DNA of 62,962 nucleotides, the filler included, from Octopus bimaculoides (taxonomy: Eukaryota), in NCBI RefSeq assembly GCF_001194135.2. It is 5 parts of 5 records of this genome, joined end to end, with 100 filler letters (N's around TTAATTAATTAA, not from the genome) between each part and the next. Parts side by side here need not be neighbours in the genome. Positions count along the whole stretch, not along the records: positions 49,843 to 54,831 come from NC_068984.1; positions 54,932 to 61,659 come from NC_068982.1; 3 more parts are not named here. One strand, given 5' to 3'. Of this stretch, positions 49,743 through 59,812 are shown one piece after another. The notes below the pieces were generated by a model. The model did no database searches. It saw only the letters and a list, made by a program, of their open reading frames with translations, and was not told the origin of the DNA. Position 1 is the first letter of the stretch. Each line of letters opens with the position of its first letter. Position numbers and translations under genes: made by a program.

Positions 49743-49842
49743 NNNNNNNNNNNNNNNNNNNNNNNNNNNNNNNNNNNNNNNNNNNNTTAATTAATTAANN
49801 NNNNNNNNNNNNNNNNNNNNNNNNNNNNNNNNNNNNNNNNNN
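49743..49842. other. Artificial scaffold spacer N44-TTAATTAATTAA-N44
   Basis: Same 100-bp structure as 20190-20289. Confidence 0.95.
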
Positions 49843-49887
<45 letters not shown>

Positions 49888-50681
49888 TAAATGAATATCT
49901 TTCAAAAGAGGAAACTATTTATATGTGGCATATATTATATAGATTTGTACATATATAGGTCTATTGTTTTCACTATTCATATCGGAGGAAGCTGGCATGG
50001 ACCTACGTTGGGAGGGGGAGTACCGCGGACTGACTGGCATTGGCAATCTTTGCACAAATGGTGAACACTACCAAGTATCTCGATGTGTTGTTTATTTTCC
50101 CACCCTTTGTTTATTGTATGTTAAAAAAGAATAGAATTAATAGGTAAACTTTATGTATTTGTAAATAAAACTGTAGAAATTCACGCAATTTTGGTATTTG
50201 CTGCCTATATATCTCATTCTATTATGTATGTAGAGATTTTAATTACTCCTTTCTGCAATGTGTCATTTTTATACATACATACATAGATATATAGAAAAAG
50301 TTTAATATATACTCAATATTCTATTAACGGGGTTCTATATTTAAGAGATGAGGAATTATGTACATTATTTACACTATTTACAATTGAGGATATTTGTCCT
50401 CATCTTGTTTGTTGCTTGTTGACAGAGAATACCACTGGAAAATATGAAAAGTAAAAGAAGCAGCATATATGCTAGGACACAACAACCTCCTAAGCAGACC
50501 GAGTGCAGATATGAACAGCAAATGGGAACCGGTATAAAGGAAGGATAGGAGAATATTAGATTTATAAGCCCTAAAATTCACTGAAAAACTGCACACTCCA
50601 AAACTGCGTAGTTGTTAAGATCGCAGGCTACTAACCCCAAGAATCCGAAATCGATTATTATAATAATAATAATACAATTAT

Positions 50682-51021
50682 TACAATTAAACCTTGGGAG
50701 AGTCATTATGCCGGTAATAAACACACGCACTGGTTCAGTCCTTTATTAATTTATATAGTTTTTTGTTAAAATATTTCATTGCACTCTTGCAATCTCTTCA
50801 GTAACTTGTCTCTCCACTTCCATTTATTCAAAATAAATGGAAGTGGAGAGACAAGTTACTGAAGAGATTGCAAGAGTGCAATGAAATAATTTAACAAAAA
50901 ACTATATAAATTAATAAAGGACTGAACCAGTGCGTGTGTTTATTACCGGCATAATGCCTCTCCCAAGGTTTAATTGTATTTCTTTCAACACACGTATCCA
51001 CATCAAGAAACTTGCACACGA
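50682..51021. mobile_element. 340-bp fold-back insertion (147-bp inverted arms, 3-nt loop, 43-nt tail) with 11-bp TSD; Penelope-like
   Basis: 50682-50828 vs 50832-50978 are reverse complements with 2 mismatches; flanked by AATACAATTAT at 50671-50681 and 51022-51032; each arm contains a CTGAAGA...GAAA hammerhead-like core. Confidence 0.8.
50855..50895 (+). ncRNA. Minimal type I hammerhead ribozyme-like motif (family H2); mirror copy on - strand at 50765-50805
   Basis: GTTA-CTGAAGA-g-ATTGC-aagagt-GCAAT-GAAA-TaAT-T-TAAC: stem I GTTA/TAAC, 5-bp stem II, rudimentary stem III, AUU cleavage triplet. Confidence 0.55.
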
Positions 51022-51031
51022 AATACAATTA

Positions 51032-51097
<66 letters not shown>

Positions 51098-51202
51098 TTG
51101 TTATTATTATTAATAATAATTATTATTAATAATAATGATAAAAATAATAACAACATCGAAAAATACTTTAGGAATGTGAACCCAGGTTCGATATTTCCCC
51201 AA

Positions 51203-51248
51203 AACACCTGATGAAGGCTGGAGGGTATATCAGCCGAAACGTTTTGTT
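51203..51248 (+). ncRNA. Minimal type I hammerhead ribozyme motif (family H1), most intact copy
   Basis: aacac-CTGATGA-a-GGCTG-gagggtatat-CAGCC-GAAAC-GTT-ttgtt: intact core, 5-bp stem II, palindromic AACGTT stem III, GUU triplet; one stem I mismatch relative to the consensus gacac/gtgtt. Confidence 0.7.
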
Positions 51249-51368
51249 AACAACAAACAAGATGAGGACAAAAAACCGTCAATTGTAAATAATGTATTCT
51301 ATTAATGGGTTTATGGAAATTCCACGGGTCCCGCTAGTAAATTTAATTATAATAAGGGTAAATACTGA

Positions 51369-51513
51369 GTAGCACCACATGCTAGAAGAAGACACCAAAC
51401 GGCTCTAAAACTACCTTATTAATCACATAGTCACGGGCTGTTGTGATATGTCTATGTAATAAATAAGGTAGCTTTAGATCTATTTGGCGTCTTCTTCTAG
51501 CGTGTGGCGCTAC
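51369..51513. mobile_element. Palindromic MITE-like element (about 52-bp imperfect TIRs)
   Basis: 51369-51420 vs 51462-51513 reverse-complementary with 7 mismatches; inner acatag/ctatgt and tcac/gtga pairings. Confidence 0.7.
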
Positions 51514-52328
51514 ATTGAAGTTCCGCTTACTATGATTATACACATACACACACACATATATATATATACAACTGCATTTTGAAGAACTGGAAAATTCCGC
51601 CTATACCTGATGATCTTCTTTATATTTCTCCAGCCTCATATTCCGAGGGCTAAGGAGGATAACTCCTGTACTTTTTTAGTTCTTATATTTTACTTTTAAT
51701 CTTCCGTTTTTTAACCTTTCACGTTTTCTCTTTGCTTCCTTCTCAACTTTCCGCGTTTCTTCATTCCTTCAATTTTTAGTTGGTTATAACATGTGGTATT
51801 TTCCTCATGAATATGTCTGAGATATTTCTCAAGAAATGGAACTATCAGTAGCACATATAAACGAATATTGTGTCTATTAAATATATATATATTAATGATA
51901 TGTTTATATAAGCTTAAAGCTTATGGCGATCACCGTGCAATGACTAAGGAAAATAGTTTAATAAAAGGGGGTTTAAGCCCTCGACAGGGAAAAATAATGA
52001 AGCATTTCCTCTCCGCATGGGAGTCGAAACCACATCCTTCTTCAAACGCGAGTAAAAGTATTACTTCTACACCAGTGAATCGGTCAACTCACTACGGTCA
52101 CATTTAAGAACGGTAATAGTTCGTGTTTGTTTTTATGTAAACAAATTTCATGCTTTCGGTACGAATGATTTTTTTTTCTGTCGAGGGCTTACATGCCCCT
52201 TTTTTAGACTATTTTCCTTCGTAATCGCACGGTTATCGCCGTAAACTTTAAGCTTGTATAAAAATAGCATTATTATTATTTACAGGATTGTAAACTCGGC
52301 GTCGTATAAAAATTCATTCGCACCGAAA

Positions 52329-52363
<35 letters not shown>

Positions 52364-53035
52364 NNNNNNNNNNTATGTATGCATGTGTGTATGTGTGTAT
52401 GTATGCATGTATGTATCTATGTATGTGTGTGTACGTATATGAATATATATATGCATTATGCTTATGCGCACGCGTGTATGTGTGTATATATGTGTATGTG
52501 TGTATATGTGTATGTGTGTGAGTTGTGAATATTTAAAATTTCATGGATTGAAAGGGAAACAAAAAAAAAAAAGACAATACATCCTTGACATTGTTGACGA
52601 AAACCTTCTGTAGCTTAACGCTGTAAGGGGGTGAATCTTAACGTTTTGGATGTTAGACTTTCATCAGTAGAAAGAGGACAGCATAAGGGGGGTGCGGAAG
52701 AGGAAAGAGGAGTGATATTAAAAAAGTGAAGAGGAAAAACACACGTGAAGGTGTCGAAAGAGAAAACTGTTTTATAGCGAGAGATAAGAAGGAAGGAGGA
52801 GGGAGTGTTTATTTGCAAGTTTGGAAGTGTATCAGAGAAAGATTTCATGCTTGAAGAGTGGTGTATCTGGTTTTGTGAGTTCCGTGTATGTGTGTAGAAA
52901 TTTCCAAGGGCAAAAGCATAGGCCTATAGGTTAGCAGGTGTTGTGAGGTGTTGATGTGTGAGTGATTCNNNNNNNNNNGGCAAAAGCATAGGCCTATAGG
53001 TTAGCAGGTGTTGTGAGGTGTTGATGTGTGAGTGA

Positions 53036-53090
<55 letters not shown>

Positions 53091-54173
53091 TGTGCATGTG
53101 TATGAGTATGAGTGCATGTGTGTGTATATGTTTGTACGTGTGCGCGTGTAACAACACTATTGAATTGTCAGATGAAGTTGGGTAAGTGTCTTAAGGATGC
53201 ATGCATAGACGCATGCACATATATATATGACACATGCATATATGTATGTATGTATGTATTCATATGCTTGGTGAGGAAAGTGGTTTTCATTAGACAGCTT
53301 GCAGGACAAATCATAAAACATATGAAATAGCATATGAAATCAGGGGAGCTAATACCAATCCAATGAGTGAAAGATTGCTTTTCTTCCCTTAGACATCTCT
53401 CTCGGGGACAGAGATCGGTGGAGTAATGCCTGTCACTTTGTATACATCAAGAATAATTTCATAATGGAATGAAAACCTACATATGAACGTGGGTAGTAAA
53501 CTACTTCAAGCGGTGATCATCATTACCTAATCTATGCAAAAGTGTATAGAATACACGTAGAAGAGAAACGCCACATTTGTGCTGCTTTATAGGAACTATT
53601 AATCGATGTCATTCTGTGAAATAGGGTATATAGGTACGAATATAGGTTTTATGTTACGGTCGGAGGCGAATACTGTATCTTATTTTTAATGTTTTTGATT
53701 GTAAGGTATAACAAATATTATTATTTCTTAAGTAAGAAGCTATGATGGTAAACTAGTCACTTATAAATATTTATCACCATGCATAACTCTTAATTCAGGC
53801 TGCGTAAATGTTATGATGAATTATACATACCAAGACGCTGAACGTGCGTTTAATGCGTGCATGTATGTTGAAGATATGGATTCGTATTCTTTTGACCGTT
53901 ACATAAAAAATGACCCAGTTTCATAAATAGAGAAATAATTTTAACAAGTTAAGAGAACGTGAAATAAAAGAAAATAAATGTCTACATTAGTTTATTTATG
54001 TAGATTTGGCATTTACAGAACAATTGGAAAGTAAAGTAATTTTGTCGTAGAGAATTACGACTTAAAATTCACACTAATCTTTCATACTAACTACTAGAGT
54101 TCACAACAATTCAATCTTGTTGGAATTGAGTATTGAACATGGCATAAAGATTAGCCGATACTCAAAAGGGAGA

Positions 54174-54377
54174 GTGTCGTGGATTTGATTGACAATGAAC
54201 GATCACTGAGAGTGAGTGTCGTGGATTTGATTGACAATGAACGATCACTGAGAGTGAGTGGCGTGGATTTGATTGACAATGAACGATCACTGAGAGTGAG
54301 TGGCGTGGATTGATTGACAATCAACGATCACTGAGAGTGAGTGTCGTGGATTTGATTGACAATCCAACGATCACTGG
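54174..54377. repeat. 42-bp minisatellite, about 5 copies
   Basis: Unit gtgtcgtggatttgattgacaatgaacgatcactgagagtga starting at 54174, 54216, 54258, 54300 (41 bp) and 54341. Confidence 0.95.
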
Positions 54378-54658
54378 AGAGTTTCCCCAAAATCAGGGTT
54401 TTTATAACTGCTCATACACGAATTCTAGAACCGTACTTCATGAAAGATTTCTTCAATGAAAGTTCAGAATTCGTATATGGGCAGTAATTTTTAACCAATG
54501 AGAAATCAACAATTTCTCCTATTCTGGCAAACGAACCTATGTTCTCTCTTAAGAGTTTGCTACATAGGTATATATAACGAAGGTATACCTGCACCTATGC
54601 ATGTAAGACTGTATCCATGTATGTATTCATATATATAAGTATGTATGCATCAATGTAT

Positions 54659-54690
54659 ATTTCTGATGAAGAGCTCTCGAAACGTGAAAT
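54659..54690 (+). ncRNA. Degenerate hammerhead-like core (family H3)
   Basis: attt-CTGATGA-a-GAGctCTC-GAAAC-GT-g-aaat: core boxes, 4-bp stem I and a short stem II, but a GUG triplet and a 2-nt loop; flanks unrelated to H1 and H2. Confidence 0.4.
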
Positions 54691-54797
54691 CCTCATTCTT
54701 TTCTTTCCTTTCCAGAGTGTCCAATATCACTGTACTTTTTCCACGTCCTCGCGTTGTTGTTTTTTCGTGCTTTTTCTTGCGTGTTCATGTTTGAATT

Positions 54798-54831
<34 letters not shown>

Positions 54832-54931
54832 NNNNNNNNNNNNNNNNNNNNNNNNNNNNNNNNNNNNNNNNNNNNTTAATTAATTAANNNNNNNNNNNNN
54901 NNNNNNNNNNNNNNNNNNNNNNNNNNNNNNN
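54832..54931. other. Artificial scaffold spacer N44-TTAATTAATTAA-N44
   Basis: Same 100-bp structure. Confidence 0.95.
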
Positions 54932-55080
54932 TGAGTTCAAATTCCGCCGAGGTCGACTTTGCCTTTCATCCTTTCGGGGTCGATAAATTAAATATCAGTT
55001 GCGTATTGGGGTCGATCTAATTGACTGACCCCCCCCCCCACAAAATTTCGGGCCTTGTGCATAGAGTAGAAAAGAATATT
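54932..55080 (+). mobile_element. SINE family B (young, CpG-rich)
   Basis: tgagttcaaattccgccgaggtcgactttgcctttcatcctttcggggtcgataaatt...gggccttgtgcatagagtagaaaagaat. Confidence 0.9.
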
Positions 55081-55904
55081 ATAGAGATGTGCTTTTCTAG
55101 AATACAGGAATCATCACGTTGCGGAAGAGTTGCACGAAGAAATCTCTCCTGAAAAATCTTGATGCAATGTTGAGTTCTGTAACGCGAAACTTAGTTTACC
55201 AGTTTACCTTTGATTTTACTGTCGTACGAAAATCAATAAACATGATATTTATACGTTTCATGTTACGGCAAGATTTTCATGATTCCGTTGCTTTGGTAAC
55301 GAGTTGGGTGTGGAGTATCTATACTCGTACCTCAGTTATATGTTTATTCTGCTCTGAATTAACTGGATATGTTGCTTGATCCGTTAAAAACTGCCACCAG
55401 ATCTCCCTCAAATCATACCCCTATCACATTAAACAATGTAGTCTTAGATATCCCCGCCCGCAACAAAAAAGACTGATTGATCACGGATGGACTGCTTCTC
55501 GATCAGGTTAACCTAGTGACTTAGTTCATTTGACCTCTCATGTGATTGGAAAGCAAACTTCTTACCGCGCAGCCACGCCTGCGCCCTGGTGAACGGAGGC
55601 CGAGGAAACTGGTGCCGGAGGGTTTGAGTGAGCTAAAGGGATATTGGATAGTTTGTGCGTATATTGTGTGGAGAAGACAAGAGAAATCTGACGGGTCACT
55701 ATCCTCGTCTCTCTACGGACTCTCCATTTCCGTGAGTTACTCATTATCGTTGCTGTTTCATTTCTCGTACTCTATCAATAGCATCTGCAACGTTATCCTT
55801 AATTCCATTCCATCACGGACCAACTACATTCTCCCGATTACAGCTGTACGGAACCTCCTCCACAAATAATGATCCTTTGTGTTCTAGAATTACCCACAAA
55901 TAAC

Positions 55905-56116
55905 CAATATTCATTATTTACATTTGACGGATATTTGTCCTCATCTTGTTTGTTGTTAACACATTTCGGCTGATATACCCTCCAGGCTTCATCAGGTGTC
56001 TTGGGGAAATTTCGAACCTGGAATCTCATTTCTAAGGTATTTTTCGATGTTGTGTTAACGACAAACAAGATTCGTCAAATGTAAATAATGTAAATAATGT
56101 ACATAATTCCTCATCT
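55905..56116 (-). mobile_element. Family H1 body, copy 3, with inverted tail duplication
   Basis: Minus-strand body 55905-56050 (aagacacctgatgaagcctggagggtatatcagccgaaatgtgttaac) abutting a plus-strand copy of the tail 56049-56116. Confidence 0.8.
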
Positions 56117-56149
56117 CCCAAATAAACAACCGTAATATCCAATATTGAT

Positions 56150-56715
56150 TCCAAATTTTGGCTCAAGGCCAGCGATTTCGAGGGAGCGGGAAAGGTAATG
56201 ATATCGATCCCAGTACTCAACTGGCACTTATTTTATCGGTCCCGAAAGGATCAAAGACAAAGTAGGCCTCGGCGGAATTTGAACTCAGAACATAATAAGC
56301 CAGACGAAATACCGCTAAACACTTTGGTCGGTGTACCAACGACTCTGTCAGTGCGAGGTTTTATCGAGATTGTTGCGCATTATCATGAAATTGTCTCAGT
56401 CCATGGAAATGGAAACTTTCGGTTGGTCTTTGAGAGAATGATTTCTTGTCTCCTCTAATGAGTCCAGAGACCCTGAATAGGGGTGGCATAATACCGCGCA
56501 GCTCCACTGAGTAGGAGGCAGACAGAGGAGAGAGATAGCACATCAGAAGGCCAGAGTGTCTTCGATAACGAAATCATACAAGATCAGACGAGTGGCTTCA
56601 GTTTGCCTTTCATCCTTTCGGGGTCGATGAAGTAAGTACCTGTTGAGCACGGGGGTCGAGGTAATCGACTGGTCTCTTCCTCAAAATTTCAGGCCTTGTG
56701 CTTATGATAGAAAAA
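56150..56715. mobile_element. Family B SINE copies (56150-56350 -, 56600-56715 +)
   Basis: Match to the family B consensus in both orientations. Confidence 0.8.
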
Positions 56716-57000
56716 ATATGGCAAGAATGGTCCGAGTGTACGGGCCTACTCTAAGCATACACCTGTAGACTGAAGGAAGGTGATGTGGAAAGGGCACTTG
56801 CCCTTCTGGTCAGGACGACCGTGGTTTTGTAGGGTCTCCACGAACAGCCGTAGGAAGTCTCCGTCTTTAGGGGAACTTTTCGCTGTTAGAATTTATATTC
56901 ATATCGTTTTTACTTTTTACGCAATTCTTCATGTAACTTCACATTGTATTATTCTGTACCGTCCCAATATTTTTTATGAACGCTTAGCGGTAAATAAAAA

Positions 57001-57520
57001 ATTATTATTACGCTAGTGTAAACTAATTTAATTAGCAGGTATTTTATTTTGATGTGTGGTAATAACGTGTCTCCTCAGATCTTAACAATCTTTCTTAGGA
57101 TTCTTGCAGAGTATAGGACCATATTTTTCTACCGGTCGACAATGCGAGTTTCAATTCCAATTTTTTTCAGTCCTTTATTAAACATTCTGGATGTTGTGCC
57201 AAATGCACCGATTACTACAGCAATAATAATTGTTTCGATCTTCCACAGTCTCTTCAACTACATCCTGATATTTCTCAGTGTTTTTCAATCTCTTTAGTAT
57301 CGACCCGGCTATCATAAGGAATGGCAAAATCTATGATTTGACACTATTTGTTCATTTTATCTTTTATGATCCGGTCTTCTTGCTTCAATAGTATAGTCAG
57401 TCTTAATGGGGAAACCCCACATGATCTTGTAATTACCATTTTCTATCGCATCCTCTGGTTCCTCTTCATACCACTTTTCTGTTGTTTTGAAGCCGAACAC
57501 TCGACTAAAATTCAAATTTA
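57001..57520 (-). mobile_element. 5'-truncated R4/Dong-like RLE LINE 3' end, intronic to the FReD gene
   Basis: Minus strand: KWYEEEPEDAIENGNYKIMWGFPIKTDYTIEARRPD...CQIIDFAIPYDSRVDTKEIEK..KYQD...VVIGAFG...LYSARILRKIVKI*; (TAA)n remnant at 57001-57010. Confidence 0.88.
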
Positions 57521-57631
57521 TTCAATGTAGAAACGCAGTCTGCATTTATACTCTTTTTCTGCTAATATGCAAGTATATTATTATTGTTGTTGTGGTTGTT
57601 GTTGCTATCGTTATTATTATTATTATTGTTG

Positions 57632-57670
<39 letters not shown>

Positions 57671-57881
57671 GTATTAGTATTAGTAGTAGTAGTAGTAAAT
57701 TTCACTCTTTTGTGTGCTCTATTTCGTCTTTTGATCTAGTGCACAATATCTTGGCCCCTCTGACGAATAAAGGAAGTTTCATCATCATTATCATTATTAT
57801 TGTTGTTGTTGTTGTTTATTTATGTTGTTAAAGAACTTACCATAAACCTAATTGTGTTTTATTTTCTCTTTTATTCTTCAG

Positions 57882-58383
57882 ATCTTTCGATGAATACCTT
57901 TCTGGCTTCGGCAATTTCTCTGGAGAATTCTTCGTTGGTTTAGAGAATCTTCATCGTATGACCCTCAGCCAGGCCTACACCCTACGAGTTGACGTCAAAA
58001 GCGCCGCTGGCAAATGGTATTTTGCTGTATTCAACAATTTTGCAGTGTCTGATGAGACTGACCAATTCCGTCTCAAATTAGGCAACATGACAGCTAGCAA
58101 TTCCGATGACGTTATGGATCAATCACGTGACAGACCCTTCAGTACTTATGATCGTGACAACGACGATTGGTCAGGTGGTAACTGCGCTCAACATTTCCGA
58201 GGCGGATGGTGGTCGGGTAACTGCATCACGAATCTCAACCAAATGTGGTGCAGCAACGGTTGTTTGAGATGGGGTGACACCCGCGTGGTCTCTTCTATAA
58301 TGCGCATTCGACCGACATCCACCGCTGATCCTGACGATATGACTGAAACCCCCAATCCAGTCGGTTTCTCAATCAAAGAATAA
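57882..58383 (+). CDS. Terminal coding exon of a fibrinogen-related domain (FReD/FBG) protein: fibrinogen C-terminal domain, ficolin/tenascin/angiopoietin-like family
   Basis: Textbook acceptor ttttctcttttattcttcag (AG 57880-57881), phase 2. Reads SFDEYLSGFGNFSGEFFVGLENLHRMT..AYTLRVDV...YFAVFNNFAVSDETDQFRLKLG...FSTYDRDND..SGGNCAQHFRGGWWSGNCITNLN...RW...SSIMRIRP with the hallmark GFG/GEF/GLE/FSTxDxDND/GGWW motifs; stop TAA 58381-58383. The supplied ORF (57958) misses the first 25 codons. Confidence 0.92.
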
Positions 58384-58445
58384 ACTTAATTATTCAAGAA
58401 CTGTTTAAGATGATTTATAATTGCCTTTAATTAAAGAACAATAAA
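58379..58445 (+). terminator. Candidate polyadenylation signals of the FReD gene
   Basis: AATAAA at 58379-58384 (overlapping the stop codon) and 58440-58445; further AATAAA hexamers occur downstream. Confidence 0.4.
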
Positions 58446-59389
58446 TATTCAAAAATTCTAAATTCTACCACACCAGATCTTTTCGCCCTTCATATCTTCT
58501 GAAAGTCACACACGTGACAACACACACTAAAAATAATCACATCAAGTATACTAAATATATTAACGATGGTGGTTTGTTGATAACTACTACAATTCTGGAC
58601 ACGTAATTTCTGTTTAGTGGATAAAGGAAAAATTAAACATTTCTGAGAACAAGAATTAGGATGAAGAATATAAATAATAAATTGGTAAATTAAGAACAAA
58701 AATAAAAGAAATAATAAATTATAGTTATAAATAAATAAAAATCTAAAAGATAACGATAAAATGATTTCTCTGCAGTTATATCTTTTGGCAAGAACAATTC
58801 TGTGTAAAACATGTAAAATTGTTTAGTTTTTTTCTCGTTCTTTTCTTTTCGTGTGTATCGTTATTTTTTTAATAAGTATAACTGAAATAATTGGCATAAA
58901 ATTCTTTGACGTACATTTCTCCGTGTATTAACCTTCAATGTGCTATAAAAACATATTTGAAAAACAGCTTTCTTTTTTATTCAATCAGAATGATTCTAGT
59001 TATTTCTGTTGTTATTCTTTGTTTTCCTTTCAGTTTACCATTCTTTACTGGGTTTTAAGAGAGTAAGGATGAAATGTTTCGCATTTTTTCGCCTTGTTTC
59101 CTTCATATTTTTTCATGTTTTAACACAAAATAACACAAAACGAACCACAAAACAACACGAAACCAAACGCTGTTAATGGATCTTCTAAAAATAATTAATA
59201 ATATGCATTATGTTGCGGCGAAAATGGCACAAATGTATGACACAGTTTTCGTTGACACGACGCCCTGCTATCATCATAATCACCATCACCAACACTACTA
59301 CTACAACCTTCATCACTACAACAACAACAGCTACTACTACTACTACTACTACTACTACTAATAATAATAATAATGGTTTCAATTTTTTC

Positions 59390-59812
59390 CACATGGGCAG
59401 TAATTTTGCGGGTGGGGGGGTGATGAGTCGATTACAGCGACTCCAGTGTTTAACTGGTATTTATTTCATCGACCCCACGAAAGGATGAAAGGCGAAGTCG
59501 ACCTCGGCGTAATTCGAACTCAGAACGTAACAGCAGACGAAATATCGCTAAGCATTTCGCCCGGCGTGCTAACGTTTCTTATTTCTTTATTGCCCACAAG
59601 GGGCGAAACATAGAGGGGACAAACAAGGACAGACAAAGGGATTCAGTCGATTATATCGACCCCAGTGCGTAATTGGTACTTAATTTTTCGACCCCGAAAG
59701 GATGAAAGGTAAAGTCGACCTCGGCGTGATTTGAACTTAGAACGTAGCGGCAGACGAAATATCGCTAAGTATTTCGCCAGGCGTGCTAACGTTTCTGCCA
59801 GCTCACCGCCTT
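59390..59812 (-). mobile_element. Two tandem family B SINEs
   Basis: 59390-59578 and 59580-59812; the second has the same tail variant as 33022-33253. More copies at 60340-60545 and 60575-60740. Confidence 0.85.

Larger units (their letters stand above)
50607..51300 (+). mobile_element. Family H1 composite element, copy 2, interrupted by a fold-back insertion
   Basis: Head tagttgttaagatcgcaggctactaaccccaagaatccg (50607-50650), (AAT)n linker, body aacatcgaaaaatactttaggaatgtgaacccaggttcg...ctgatgaaggctggagggtatatcagccgaaacgtt...gtaaataatgta (51150-51296). An inverted tail-only fragment lies at 50340-50414. Confidence 0.8.

Noticed and set aside
52909-53038. Exact 60-bp direct repeat
   Set aside because: The copies flank a 10-N gap: typical contig-overlap artefact.
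54174-54377. CRISPR-like array
   Set aside because: Contiguous tandem units with no unique spacers, no cas genes, eukaryotic context.
55546-55869. 107-aa ORF just upstream of the FReD exon (WRR..DGS resemblance)
   Set aside because: Begins in a reversed SINE head, lacks the GGGW/QRR/DF spacing and a suitable phase-2 donor.
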